A stretch of 64,000 bases of DNA from contig OZ024743.1 in assembly GCA_964016885.1 (NCBI GenBank), forward strand, positions 44,206,001 through 44,270,000. The letters are read 5' to 3'. A program made the position numbers and the translations under genes. Position 1 is the stretch's first letter. Each line of letters begins with the position of its first letter. Source of the stretch: Eledone cirrhosa. Lineage: Eukaryota. The notes beneath the pieces were generated by a model. That model did no database searches. It was given only the letters and a program-made list of their open reading frames with translations, and was not told the origin of the DNA. Shown piece after piece: positions 13,434 to 28,009 of the stretch.

Positions 13434-16255
13434 CTGTTTAGACATTGAACATTTATTCATTCGATTAAAGGAATGTCCAGTTCGTAAATTAACATGAATA
13501 TTCCACAAACATGGGGATCGTTAAAGTAAAACCTAATGTAATCGTCTAACAGCTGCAAGTATTGAGAAATGGTTGCACAACGATAAATACAATTATTTTA
13601 AAAACTATATATAGAAGCCTAATTAATACCATTTCTCTATTCGATTTCATACCACATATCCTGCATAATTAATTTCACAATTGTTGAGAGGTTTCCGGCT
13701 AGTTTCTTTTTTTTTTTTTTTTCGTTTACATTACATATCTAAAAGAGACATGTTCTTCCTATCAACCATGACATGAATATCCTGGAATATCTTAGCCAGT
13801 TTATAAAAACGTCATTCTAATAAACGAGTAGTTTTGTCACATGTCTATACTATTTCGTTTCATTGTCACTTTCGAAATATCAATGCAGTAAATTATTTCA
13901 TTTTATTGATTAGATGAGTTACATTTAAATTTATCTTCATTTTTAAATGACTTGCTTTTCTAGCGTCAGTTAGAATACAATGCAATATTCATTTCAGCTC
14001 ACTGCGCTCTGAATTCAAATTATCTTGAGACAAATATTGTTACTTAACCTTTCAAGGTCGATAAATAATTTGCCTATTCAATACTGGGATCAATTATTAT
14101 TATTTCTCGCTTTCTTTCTATTTATCTATCTCTGGAAGAATTCAACTATGATGTGACTTGGTGAAAGATGGGTGACGCTAGGTTTAATACTCCCAATGCC
14201 AAAACGGTACCAGTACGACTATATTAGGAGTTATACCATCATTGATTAGTGGTATTCTTTATTGTTTGAGATGTATAACAAATCAGGTCCATCAGTATTT
14301 ATTCCAGAGACTGTCAGATATTTTCTGTTTTTTTTGTTAGGTTATGCAAGAAATTAGCCAATCATTGCTTTTGCCTCCAAGTATTATTCAATTTCGTAAT
14401 TTCATTTTCATGTGTTAATGATTTTTTTTTTTTTGCGTGTGTTTGTTTTTGTTGTTTCTCAGTTCTGTTGTTTTTCTTTAGTTTTACTTAATATTGGTCT
14501 GCTATATTTTATTTTGTCTTTATAATGATTTCTGATTTAGGCAAAAGGCCAGCAATAATCACGTTTTTGCTTAGTTATGTTCGTATTTATCTGTTCCAAT
14601 AGAAATAAGAGTGGAAGAGTGGCAGAAATTATCTTGTCGGACACAATGCTTTGTGGAATTTCGATACGGTCTATTACGTTCTAAGATCAAATCCGACCGA
14701 TATGAAATTCGCCTTTCACCTTTCTGGGATCGATATATACGAGTAAAATACTGGCTGTATAATCGACCTCCCGTTCTCAACTAATTAATGGCCGTTTGCC
14801 GATGTCAGAAATAATAATATATAGAAATATTTATATATGTCCCTTTCCTACAATAATAAAGTTGAATTGCTTGTTACCAACATTCCTCTTGTAGTTCAAA
14901 ATAGCCTACCATGTTTCTCATCCGACGTCTTACGAAATATGTGTGGGGACGTATATTCTATCCATCACAACTTTAGAAAGGTGGATGAGGAAGTCAATAA
15001 AATAGTTTTCTGGTTTTCGTTGCTTAGATCTCGTCTATTCAATTAACTTCTAATTTATTATGCTGCGACTATATATTGCAAATTAGATTGTATTTATTAT
15101 TCTATTTCTGCCATAGTGATAACATCTTTTATTTAAGTATTAGTTTGACTTTTCTCCTGTAGTAACCTTTTCTAATTTTCTCAATTCCTGTGTGTTATGT
15201 TTTATCATTGTTATCTGTTCCTCAATATTTTGTAGGGTGATGCTGATTGCTTGAATCGTTGTAATTCGATTTGCATAGTTTTAATTGATTTGGCTCTTGG
15301 AATAGCTTTGGCATGATCCCCTGATTCAAGATGCGTGTTATCCATCTGAATTGATGTCGAGTCCCTCCTTGTTTCAACATTGTACATGTCAGAGAACTGC
15401 TATGGCATAAGGCCATTTCAGGAAAAAAAAAGATTATTTACATCGAGGTAATTCCAAAAGAGAAAAAGTATGTTAAATCCACTTTACTTTATACTTTACT
15501 AATTGGTCTCAAACTTTTCATCGCAGTGTTTGCAGCCTTGTCATTTTTGCAATATCGTTGACCAGGTAGCAAATAGGGCGACGAAAATAACGCTACCAAA
15601 ATATAAACGATAAATGTAATGTTAATTTAACAACCTTTGTGCGATTCCCAACACACCATAAGTTTACTAGATATGGACCGGTCTCTGATTAAGAAATTCA
15701 TAATAAAAACTGTATAGTATGGTATACTAGAGTGCCGCAATTTCAGATAACTCCTGACGTAAGGATAATCTTGTCAGAGACGTCGCTGTTCATTTTTTCC
15801 TCACGGTCTTTGAATTTCCTTGAATTAATGAATACACAAATCTATAAATGATAATTAATTAGAGACACGTTTTTACGATTAAGTGAAGCAAGGAAGATAA
15901 ATAATAGCCATGACCCATTTCAGAGCGTTCGAGAATTAGAGAAGAGAATGAAGCAACCTCATACCAAAACCCTGGGGAGAATCTTTGTACCAAACGGCAA
16001 TCCATTAAAGGTACCAAACGAGCAGCTGGTAGTGTTGTTAAACAAGACGACGTTCCCCCCTTAAGTAGACAGCAGAATGACATGAAATCAGAATGATAAG
16101 TGTCGAAACAAATATCACACACATTTCATCTAATATTTTATCAATTTCTCCAATCCCCCGCTCAATCGATCCAAAAATGATGAAATTCCAAGTTGACCTC
16201 CGTGAAACCTGGATTCAAAGAGGCGTAAGCCGGAAAAGGTCCTGTAATGCATTGT

Positions 16256-17438
16256 TCACTGTGCTATAGATATGGTGTCGACGGCCTCCGAAATCGAGGC
16301 GGTTGGCACCTTACTGGAGGAGTACGAAAGGTTCACAGGGGCTAAGCTGAACCGGGACAAGTCGATCGGTTTGCAACTCGGCACGTGGAGGGGCAGACCG
16401 ATGCCCTCCGATGGCGTCGTCGGACGCTGGACGGAGGGCCCGGTGAAGTTGCTCGGGGTCTGGTTCGGACAGGACCTCCAGGTGGAGAAAAACTGGGCGG
16501 AGGTTACGAACACGGTGTTTGCACTGACCCAGAAGTGGGCCAGTTGCAAACTATCCCTGAAAGGTGGGGCGGAGGTGGCGAACACCTACATAGCGTCCGT
16601 CATCTACTACCGCCTGACCGTAGTGCCCTGCCCAAGAGAAACCCTCACCAAGATGGAGCGCGCACTCTTCCAATTCCTTTGGAAGAGGCGGACTCCTATG
16701 GTGAGGAGATCCATCTGCTGTCAACACCCTTCGAAAGGAGGGCTGGGGATGCCGTGGCTAATGATGCGTAAACACGCATTAAGGCTACGGCACCTCTACG
16801 TACTCCTCACCGGTCAACCGGTGTGGGCCTCGTTTGTGAGACGAACCTTTCCCAGACTCGTCTCACTCACCGAGCTGCAATCCTGGGTCAAGCAAAGACC
16901 GAGAAAACTGGGCGCCTGGCACACTGAGTGTGCCCAGGCGCTCACCGCCCTCTGGCAGGCGGATCCGGTTATCAGTGGAGACTCCACCGCAACATTCTAT
17001 AGAGGGTTGGTACGCAGCAGGTGCGACGACGCCCTCGGAGAAGCCCTAGACATGGAGGAGGACGAACTGGCCAGCCTGTTCGGTAGGACATTCAGCCCGG
17101 GACCTATGGACAACTTCCAGAAGTCCCTGGCCTGGCAGTGCTACCGAGGGGCTTTACCCGTTCGAGAAAGGCTCTACAGACACGGGCGCCCGGGTAGGGA
17201 CCCCGCCAAAAAGATCTGTCCCAGATGCGTGTGCGACGAGGAAACCGTTGCACACGCATTGGTACACTGCTCGGGCATAGCCGATCTGTGGGGCTATGTC
17301 GAACAACTGCTGTCAAGGGTGGGACCGATCCGGTTGACCACCGAGCCTATTGTAATGATCAAGCCGCCTCCCCCCTTCAAAGATGAAGCAGAGGCGGTGT
17401 TTCTGTGCGTAATAGCCATGGCGAAAGAGGTTGTATAG
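16256..17438 (+). mobile_element. Tx1/L1-clade LINE ORF2 internal fragment (RT thumb + zf-RVT)
   Basis: 388-aa GC-rich ORF: YERFTGAKLNRDKS, VKLLGVWF, SKGGLGM, CPRC...ETVAHALVHC; truncated at both ends. Confidence 0.85.
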
Positions 17439-17611
17439 ATAAACTAGATAGCCGTATATTTGAATTGTGGCAGATTGGGCAACATTCGCGCTCATACGGT
17501 CATATTTCTTAGCATCTTAGAAATAGATTTTTCCTATTTCCCCTGCCTGTAGTCTGCGAGCAACACAGGCTAGACAAAAACTGTGTGAAAGCCATTCAGA
17601 TTGAATTTTAC

Positions 17612-17777
17612 CTGTAACATAAATGCTCAGCCTGGTCACATTGTGGCACACCAGGTAGGCTTGGAAATTGCCATACGGTGTCAGTGGAATATTAAAAACA
17701 TTATACGTTATTACAAGTTTTGGTCCTTCAACTAAATCTTCATCGGCGAAAGTCATTACAGATCCATCATCATATAC
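17612..17777 (-). CDS. Candidate internal exon of an unidentified host gene
   Basis: TTTAAG acceptor, 166-nt open frame VYDDGSVMTFADEDLVEGPKLVITYNVFNIPLTPYGNFQAYLVCHNVTRLSIYVT, CAG|GTAAAA donor. Confidence 0.3.
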
Positions 17778-17787
17778 CTTAAATAAT

Positions 17788-17980
17788 AACTGTTTCTCCT
17801 TTTGGCACAAGGCCAGCCATTATCCCAGTGCATTACTGGTACTTTATTTTATCGACCCCGTAAGGATGAAAGACAAAGTTAATTTCGGCGGCATTTGAAC
17901 TCAGACCATAAAGTGGCATAACTCTATGCTGCAAAGCATGCTGGCATCCGACCCTCTACCGATACTGCCAGTCCACCGAT
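17788..17980 (-). mobile_element. tRNA-derived SINE
   Basis: Full-length match to the family consensus. Confidence 0.8.
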
Positions 17981-19291
17981 AATAATGTTGTCAACCAATG
18001 TATTCTCCTCATATCATTATGTCGGAAGTGTTTTCAAAGAAGAACTTGCTAATATTTGAAAGCAGTGTATATACTTTATACTACCTTTGTCCAGTCAATC
18101 TGGTGAGCAGGTTTTGAGGGAAAATTGAAGAAAGACCAGGGATAGAATGATTGAGAAACATTGGTATAGAATGCTGTGACGCTATATTTCTTTGGTTCAA
18201 TTTGGAAAACGTCTTTAGATCCTCGTCTGGAATGCATTTATTTTGTATAAATTTCCATTATAAACGTAATGTCTGTTATCTTTTGGAAGATAATGAATGT
18301 CTTACTAACTTAATATTAGTAGAAATATATTTAAGATATTTACATAAGGAAAATGACAAAGAACCTTTCGTGCACAATAGATACTTATCTCTGAAATTCT
18401 TAGATATGAATGCGCTTACGTCAAATAGCAAGCAAACACCCACTGAGTTACTGGAGCATATACTATGTAGAAATGTAGCAGCAGATATGAGTGCAATAAT
18501 GCACTGTAGAGCAATTATAATTTCACTTATCGAAAATATATTCAACTAATTTCAATATTGTATTCATTATTTAATTAAATAGAAATAATTATACAATTTA
18601 TAATTATAGAATATATTATGTTTGATTATCAAAGAGATTTAAGTATTTGCAAAAAAAGCATATATACAGACCTGCCAATATATAATAATATCAAATGGAG
18701 AGTACCATAAACAGAAGTGACCAAAATGGGGAGAAATGAGCCAACACAGGGAGAGATCCCCGTCAGATCTGTATATAACAGGTCTGTATATAACACCAAA
18801 GTGATTATTTTCAACTTAAAATCTGAGTATATTGAGCACACATGTTAGTCTATGAAGTAAACATCATTTGAATCGTGGGATGACGTAGAGTGCCTCAAGT
18901 GTCTTCAACATTATCAATTATTTCCTTTACGCAATGACATCTACCTGAGTGCGATAACAGAAAGAATGACACATTTCAGCAAAGTTACGTTTAAGATTTT
19001 GCTTCACAGTCCACCGTGGACAGAATGGCGAATTTGTTATCCAGTAATATATATAAGCTATATTAATATTTCATCTAACATACCTTCTAATACGATTAGT
19101 TACTGACATCGGGTCAAATGTACATGCTGTTATTATCCCTACATCTATGTCCAGCATTACAATTCTCATTTCCGTGATAGTTCCCAGACAAATGTCAACC
19201 AGGCGTCCAGTATCAGAAAACGCCTTATATTGGACGCCTGGCGATCCATCAGCACCGCTGGTACTCACACACACAAACCACACACTTGTAT

Positions 19292-19322
<31 letters not shown>

Positions 19323-19324
<2 letters not shown>

Positions 19325-22300
19325 GTATACAAGAGAAAACACAGGTAAGCATTAAGAGAATGATTTTATCCAGGTATTTGCGACCGTTTCATTGGTAAGC
19401 GCAACCTTATATTGCTATACTGCAAATAGCAGCCACTCAATTATAATTGTTGTTCACAGTCCAAATTTTTAAAATAGTGAGTAAGTTACTCTTGAAATAA
19501 TTCTTAATATATAGAGAAAAACATTTATTTGGAATTTTATTTACTAGTATAGAGAGGTAGGAATCAGAAGGTGATGGGACAAACGGAATAATATAGAGAG
19601 AGAGGAAGGGGGACGAGGTAGGAAGTAGAGTGACAAACTGAGATGGAGGGAGGTGTAGAGGTGGACGGATTCCTTGGTCAGTTTTGATAGCAGACTTCAT
19701 GTCGTGGAATGTAGTGAGTTAAAGAGAATTAAATTGATCATAGTGAGAGGGGGGGATAGAGAGAGAGAGAGAGAGAGAGGGGGAGATATAAAGAGGTAAA
19801 TACGTATATATATATATAAAATAAAGATAAAGATAATAATGACAAAAATAAAAGCAAAGAAGGGGGTGAAAAAGACGAAAAGAAAAGATAGCCAAGAAGG
19901 GGAGGGATGGAAGGAAGAAAACGAAGAAATAGAAGAGGAATGAGGGAGAAGAGGGGGATATATGTATTGGTTTTGTGGGTAATTAAAAGGGTTTAGATAC
20001 AACAAGAGGGTATAAAGAATAAGTATATGCAGTTTGTCAGTTGGTAGTAAGAGGTTAAGGGTTCGATTTGTAGTGCGAAACTTCTCTTTGAGTCTATGGT
20101 TACAATAAATTGATCTTTCGATTTTATTGTTGAGTAACTTATTCTTCGAACTCAAGATGTGGAACAGCTCAAGGTCGCATAATCGACAGCTTCTCATACC
20201 ACTCCGATATGGGGGCGCGTTCGATAATGTTTTCCACTTCAGGGTGTATTGATGGTTACTTTCCCTCAGTTGCCAGGTCTTGTTTGCAAGGGTAGTTACA
20301 TAACGATGCTGTGAATGTTTCATTGCGTAACGGTGTGTATACCAACGGGCTTTAAACGTATTCCCAGTCGCTCTGATGTAATACCATTTCTGGTTGTCTG
20401 ATTCCACTGTGCATTGGTAAACCAGGTTAGACTGCTGACATTCATTATGTAATGGACAGGTTTCAGGGAGGTGGCAGTTACAATTCTTGTCATGGGCAAC
20501 TTTGGCATTATTGGTGGGCTGCGATGCCTGAACAAGTGTGTTACGTTTTGTTTGCTATTAGCGGGTGGTTGTGTACTAGATATTCTGTTGTGTTCGGTGG
20601 TGATTGTATTGTTATTGTTGTAAATTTGTGTTTTGGTGTTGTTATGTATCTTTTTAGCGTTAAGCATCTTAATGTGTGCCTCTATATTTGGTGCCGTGGA
20701 GTAAGATAGTCTAATAGATTTAGTTTTAAGGATTTTGCTGTATCTATGTGAATCTGGAAAATGCTTATTTATTATTCTAAAGAAGGTAGAGGGTAGGTTA
20801 GTACTAATAGAGGTGTTAAATATGGGGTTATACCAAATATATTTTCTACTGCGTGACTTGTTTGATTTCGATGTTGTATTTCTATTTGCCGTATACTTTG
20901 CAGTTCTATGCGTAAGTGCGTGTGTGCGTGCGTTACCGGAGTTTCTGTTATGCGTGTTCGTGTGCGCTTCACGGAGGCTTTCATCTATATATTCTACTCT
21001 ATCTAAGTGGCCTGCCTTGTCTAATGCGGTATTGTAGTATTCTGCATGTTCTTCGAAGATATGTCGGTTAGACGAGAGGCGGGAGATCCTAAGGGATATG
21101 CTGCGTGGAATGGATTAATTATGGATAGTGGGTGGTTTGAGTTACAGTTGATGTATGCGACGTTTTCATTAATCTTGTGAAAAGGTCTTATAAGTCCCGT
21201 ATTTAGGTTACGCGTCGCGTCTAGAAAGTTAACTGTTTTAGTGCTATACTCATACGTTATGCTAAGGCCTAGTTTTCCGAGAGTCTTTCTAATATTCTTA
21301 CGGAGTCTTTCTATGCTCTGGTTATTTAGGGTCTTAACTAGGAGAAGGGCGTTGTCTCTGTAGATTACACCGTGAAGGTCCCTAAACTCACTTTGTAAAC
21401 TATGGGCTATGTAAATACCTACTAAATCTGTGACTTGAGCCGAGTCGTTAGCCCCCATCGTGATGTCAAAGTTATTTAATCTATACTTACGTTCCCAATA
21501 GGCGTTTTCAAATTTAATTATTGTTTTCCTAGCAGCTAATATGATTTTTATCTCTGTCGTCTGTTATGTCAGAATTGGCTTTGGCGAATGCTAAGGCTTT
21601 ATCCAAGGTGTTGGAGGATATAGATGAGTAATAATCGTTAATGTCAAATTGTATAAATTTAGATACTTCTTAGTTAGCTATATTGTTAAACCACTTAATT
21701 GTTTCGGTAGCGTTACCCCATAGTTTAATCACTAGTTTATTCTTCATTTGTGCTATCACTCTGTCTAATATATGTTTACTAATTTTCCCGATGTCCGATT
21801 TGGACGGGCATATAAGTCTGATTGTGGGGTTATAATCAAAATTTACCTTGTGGTCCTTGAGGTTAAATGTGGGGGTACATAGCCTATGTGGCTCCGTTCT
21901 GTCGTCTATTCCTAGGATTTTGACTATATTGTGTGCCTCGTTGTTGATGTTTATCAGTGCCGCCTCATTAGTTTTTTTGTATTTCCTATGTAATTCCTTC
22001 CGTATGAAGCTATTGAATGTATTAACATCCATCGTATACACATTTGATGTTTTGTCCGCTTTGACAATAATTCCATTGGTGGTTCGCACTTTTTTAGGAA
22101 TATATTTATGTCATTCTGGAGTTTATTATTCCTCCGCTTTTTGAATTTGATATTCATAATCATCTTCAGTAAGTCCTGTTCAAAGGCATCCATTTGAGGG
22201 TTGGTAGGTGGGTTCCTACACGATTTGAAGCCGTATGTCTCCTTGTTGTATTCCACGGTGCGACAATTACGTCCTTTGTCGAAATGGAAAGATTTCCATC

Positions 22301-22745
22301 TAACAGAATATCTAATACACAACCACCCGCTAATAGGCAAACAAAACGTAACACACTTGTACAGGCATCGCAGCCCACCAATAATGCCAAAGTTGCCCAT
22401 GACTAAATTGTAACTGCCACCTACCTGAAACCTGTCCATTACATAATGAATGTATACAGTCTAACCTGGTTTACCAATGCAAAGTGGAATCAGACAACCA
22501 GAAATGGTATTACATCGGAGCGACTAGGAATAAATTTAAAGTCCGTTGGTATACACACCGTTACGCAATGAAACATTCCCAGCATCGTTATGTAACCAAC
22601 CTTGCAAACAAGACCTGGCAACTGAGGGAAAGTAACCATCAATACACCCTGACGTGGAAAGGTTGCACTTACCAATGAAACGGTCGTAAATACCTGGATG
22701 AAATCCTTCTCTTAATGCTTACCTGTGTTTTCTCTTTCATACTTT
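19323..22745 (-). mobile_element. Naiad-clade Penelope-like element, decayed, with inverted 5' pLTR
   Basis: Peptides YGFKS, KADKTSNVY, LKDHKVNF..PTIRLICPSKSDIGKISK, FDITMGANDSAQVTDLVG, YRDN (catalytic D lost), YINCNSNHP, CNC..CPL..C..LVY..YYI, CRLC..E, CNH; 22297-22745 (+) is an internally deleted inverted copy of the 3' region. Confidence 0.85.
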
Positions 22746-22902
22746 ATACTCCAAGATTGAACGGAATTATTACAAACTTGTGGAGTTACCCCTAACCGTA
22801 CGTTGAAACCATCCATGAAACTGGCTTTTTTAACCAAGAACTGGATCACAATAAGCAATTGTTTGCTTCTCTAACTATCTCTCTCTCTATCTCTCTCTCT
22901 CT

Positions 22903-22959
<57 letters not shown>

Positions 22960-22974
22960 TATATATATATATAT

Positions 22975-24670
22975 TGGAAAAAGTATGACCCCGACGGCAG
23001 CGCTCAAGCCGTTTCGACGGCTATTTCTGGACTAAATTAGAATTTTAGCCTGGTGAATAAATAGCCGAACTTTTGAAGGGCTACTTCCTTATATGGGACG
23101 ATTGTAGTTGTCAAGAGGATTGGTTAAAATTTATTGTAAACACAAATAAGTCTATCATGGCATTTGGTGGGAGGTAGGGGTGGCTGAACTTGCCTGTAGA
23201 ACAATAGGGGAGTGGGTGGAGCGGTCGAGCGTTGAAAGTGATATGTATACATCAGATTCTAAGGATAGTGTATGAAGTGGGGGAGGGAGGTTATACAATA
23301 GGTAAATCGAAAGAGAGTAGGAGACAATAAAAGATTTAAAAAATATAAATATCAAATTAGATAGTGAGAAATGAATAAAGAAATCACAAGGCTATCATAC
23401 AATTACAGCTTAATAAGTTGATAATAGAAAAAACTTATAGAAATTACAAAACAGATACAAACTTAAAGGGGTTTTAACACATCTGCTATAAGTAGTTAGT
23501 AAAACGTATTCGGCCGATTCTATCTTAAAATAACAGGGGTGGGGGAACTGATGCTACAAGGCCCGATGGGCTGCATAGGGGTGGGCGAAAGGGGAAAGCA
23601 GACGAGGAAGAAAATAGGGGTTGGAAGGAAGTGATATGATGAGACAGGGGGAAGGAGACAAAGAGGAAAAGAAAAGAGATACATTTACCTATGTAAGCTG
23701 GGGTTTCCCCTAACTTATTCGTTCGGCAAGTGTGTGTGGGGGCTATCACCCCGTGTATACCCACCTGGGTCGTTATAGGATTTGAGGGCGAGGTAAGTCC
23801 TACGCAATCTGCGTTTGCATGCGGTTACCAGTTCATCTTTCTTGTTTAGGAGTTGGTCCTTCGAACACAGCATTTGTAATGTTTCCTCCGAGCATAATTT
23901 ACACGGACTGCGTCCTCCCGTGTAAGTGTTAGCTCTGGACAGTAAGCTCCAAGTGAGATTGTAGGTTATATTATTATCATGGAGGTCCCAGATGTGGCCC
24001 GAAAGTGTAGTGGCATGTCGTCTAACCAGGTTTCGGAAACTGTGTCCGTGTTTTGTAGAGCTGGGTCTTGAAGTCACACGCGGTTAATCCTATATAAGCT
24101 TTGTTGGGGGTGTCCGTCCTTACGTTGCACGGGTAGATCACGTTACGTTCTCGGCATTTGTTGTTGAGGGGGGGGGTAGATTTATCAGGGCAGTTACAAC
24201 TCCTGGTCGGCTCTCGACTGACGTCTAGGTTATTTATTCCATAGGGGTTGAGTTTTTTGTTGTTTGAGGAGACGATGTTTTGTGCGAAGTTAGGTGTGGT
24301 GCTGTAGGAGAGTTTGGTGGTGTTTTTGTTGATTATGTTGTAGTAACGGTATTTTAGTGGGAATATTTTTCGAGGAGTCTAAAGAAGATTTTCCCGATAG
24401 GTATTGCCACATCGGCATTGTGAGGAGGATTGAACCACGTTACGTTGCGTTAGCGGCGGTGTCGCCTGCTGGTTCGGCTAAGGGAAGCTGGATAAAAGGA
24501 TATTTCCTCCCGGAAGCCACTCCGCTTGAGGGTCTCGTTATAATGAGGCGCGTGTTCGTCGAATATCTGCTCATAAGCGGACAATACAGGAAGCCAAACG
24601 ACAACCTGCACTACATCCACCGCCGCTCTCACCATCCTAGAAACATCACCAATAACCTGGTTAACATCTT
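22975..24670 (-). mobile_element. Naiad-clade PLE 3' portion (thumb, GIY-YIG, family A pLTR)
   Basis: RNVTWFNPP, CNC, HATTLSGHIWDL..W..PCKLCSEE..LLNKKDELVTAC; pLTR at 22975-23100 has an HHR core mutated to TTCAAAA; terminal 24582-24670 is inverted. Confidence 0.8.
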
Positions 24671-25265
24671 CCTTCGCACTTCTCTGAATAGATGTTAGAT
24701 GATACCTCCTTGAAAGGATGAAGGGCAAAATGACCTTGATTTGAGATGAAATAATCTGCAATATAAGACAATATAAAATACAATAGAAAGTAAACTAATA
24801 GGATAATAAACAATAATATCGACATAACAATAACAACTACAATGCTGATTGACAGATACTGGGCTCGTGAAATACAAGCCAAAACTTGAAACAATTGTGA
24901 AAAACTCAAGATAATCGTGCAATCAGAAATCCAGTGAAACAGAATTCAAGTGTAATTTCAGTACTAAATTTCCTTAATTTTTTTATTAATTTTTTAAAGT
25001 CAGTATTATATACCAAGATATATATTTTCTCTACTAGTTTACTAATACCCCTTACACATACACACCCACTCTCTCCCACACACACAGACACGAACGCACA
25101 TAAAGAGTGTATGAACGTATGCATGTTTGTATGATGTACGTATATATGAGTGTATGTAAGCCATGTACCTGAATATATGTAAAAGATAAGGCTACATCAG
25201 TTTGTGCGATTAAGATTAATCTTTACAAAAGTTTATGTAATGTTATACACATCTAAGGACTTATA

Positions 25266-25302
<37 letters not shown>

Positions 25303-25303
25303 C

Positions 25304-25395
<92 letters not shown>

Positions 25396-25570
25396 CACAC
25401 TACATTTTCACCGATAACCTACTTATATGGTGTCACAGTTTCAATTAAATACATTGTTCCAGAAGCAGAAATATAAAAATAAGTTCAAAATAATATTTTT
25501 GTTGCAAATGTTTTTTTCCTCTTTAATGTACTGCAAATGATTTGACGTAAAGTTCTTGGAAGCTATAACG

Positions 25571-25734
<164 letters not shown>

Positions 25735-26239
25735 TAGAAGTGAATAGAAATGACATATATATATATATATATATATATGTAGATATATATATATATAATA
25801 TATGTCTATAACATATATATATATATATATATATACATTATATATACATATTTATATATATATATATATGGCTGTGTGTGTGTGTGTATATATGTGTGTG
25901 TGCGTGTGTGTGTGTGTGAATGCTAGAAGTGAATAGAAATAATAAAACAAACGACACACTACAATGAAGAAATATAACATTAGTTCTTGATATCGTAGGA
26001 AATCTTCTGAACATTTCGTTAACACGTCCTTTATCATAAAATAGAATGAGATATTAAAGAAGAAATGGAAAGGTTGAGGAGATAGTGAGTATGGGAAATA
26101 ATTTTTTGGAGAAAAATAACAGGTTCATATACCTTGCTCTCTCATAAAAATATGATGATTCTGGGGTCCTGTGAGAGATATATCGTTTGAAGGTTTGGTG
26201 ATCCAACGCGTCTATCTGAAGGGAAAGGTATCCGTTTTG

Positions 26240-26300
<61 letters not shown>

Positions 26301-26517
26301 GCATGTATATGTAGGTAGACATAGATATATACACTTAACTATATATATATACTTCTGACCTAGCTGACGAAACAACCGGAGCTCAGCCGTCGGGGTCCTG
26401 ATTCTTTTCCTGTTACCCACTCTACTACCCAGTATGAACTACTTTGGTGTGTTATGATCCACCTGGTTACTTACCACACTACCTTCTTTATACACACACA
26501 TACACACATACACACAT

Positions 26518-26603
<86 letters not shown>

Positions 26604-26733
26604 TTGTGTGTGTGTCTGTGTGTGTGTCTGTATGTGTGTATGTGTGTGTATAAAGAAGGTAGTGTGGTAAATAACGAGGCGGATCATAACACACCAAAGT
26701 ACTTCATACTGGGTATATATAGGAACGAGTAGG

Positions 26734-26829
26734 ACCCCGACGGCTGAGCTCAAGCCGTTTCGACGGCTAATTCTGGACTAAATAAAAAATTTTATCCTGG
26801 TATTTGAATAGCCGAGCTTCTCAAGGGGT
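26734..26829 (-). ncRNA. Type-I hammerhead ribozyme, U3-A8 core
   Basis: Inverted copy of 28010-28105 with the core intact. Confidence 0.75.
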
Positions 26830-28009
26830 AATTCCATATATGGTAAAAGTGATTGTCACAAGGATTGGTCAAAAGTTTGTTGTTGAGACATAATAATTCT
26901 ATCATGGCAAATTTGTGGGGGGAAGGGGTAGCTGAACCTGCCAGTAGGAGAAAGAGGGAGAGGGGGTGGAGGAGACCCAGTCATGCGTTGATAGTGCCGA
27001 CTACAGCTGGGCATGAGGTAAAAGAAGATACTAGGGTGGGGGAGGAAGTCGAAACAATAAGTAAAACAATATGCGATATAGAAAAATACCGAGTGTTAAA
27101 AAGCAATTAAATATTTTAAAAAAAAATAAATAAACAATTTCTGGTTACTACGACCTAAGGACAGCTATCAAGCTCTCACTGGTACTGCTAGGCTAAAGAA
27201 AGGTTTATTAGGTGGGACGGAATTATAAAGAGACCCTTTTAAGAGATATAAGTAATAAACCGAGTATATCTTACGGTGACGGGTCAACAAGTGAGGGACC
27301 AAATTACTAAAGAAACTACCATGAAATAATAAACAAAGGTTTCTACCCCAGGCACAAGGCCAGCAACCACCCAGTGCAAAAAAATAAACTAATACGAAAT
27401 AATAATTCAGAATCCCGAAAAACAATGCTAATACTATCTCTAACGGTGCCACCACGATACAAAAATTCTAGTGCAAACTACATAAATGCTCGTACGAAGT
27501 ATATGTAAAATTTGATACGGAAAATTAATTCAGAATCCCCCCCCCCCACCCCAAAAAATACTGATATACGAGAAATTAAAGCAAAGATACCACTAAGAAA
27601 TATAGAAAGCACGGAAAAGGGGCAGCGATCGGATAAGAAGGCAAGTATCCGGGGTCTAACACTGCTATAAAAAGCGGAGTCGGCCAAGTCTATCATAGAA
27701 TAGGGGAAGGGGGTGGGGGTACTGAGGCTACAAAGGACCGGTATTTTTCTATATATTTACCCCATATTGTTTTACTTATTGTTTCGACTTCCTCCCGATC
27801 CCTCCCTAGTATCTTCTTTTACCTCATGCCCAGCTGTAATCGGCACTATCAACGCATGACTGGGTCTCCTCCACCCCTCTCCCTGTTTCTCCTACTGGCA
27901 GGTTCAGCTATCCCTTCCCTCCACAAATTTGCCATGATAGAATTATTATGTCTCAACAACAAACTTTTTACCAATCCTTGTGACAATCACTTTTACCATA
28001 TATGGAATT

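Noticed and set aside
16256-17438. Horizontally acquired or bacterial gene (GC-rich island)
   Set aside because: Motifs identify a Tx1/L1 ORF2 fragment with a relative at 264-961.
20400-20500. Selenocysteine (in-frame UGA) Naiad, as reported for some Naiad PLEs
   Set aside because: The conserved CNC/CP/C positions read TGT/TGC here, as do the Cys codons in the 63704-64000 fragment; no SECIS recognised.
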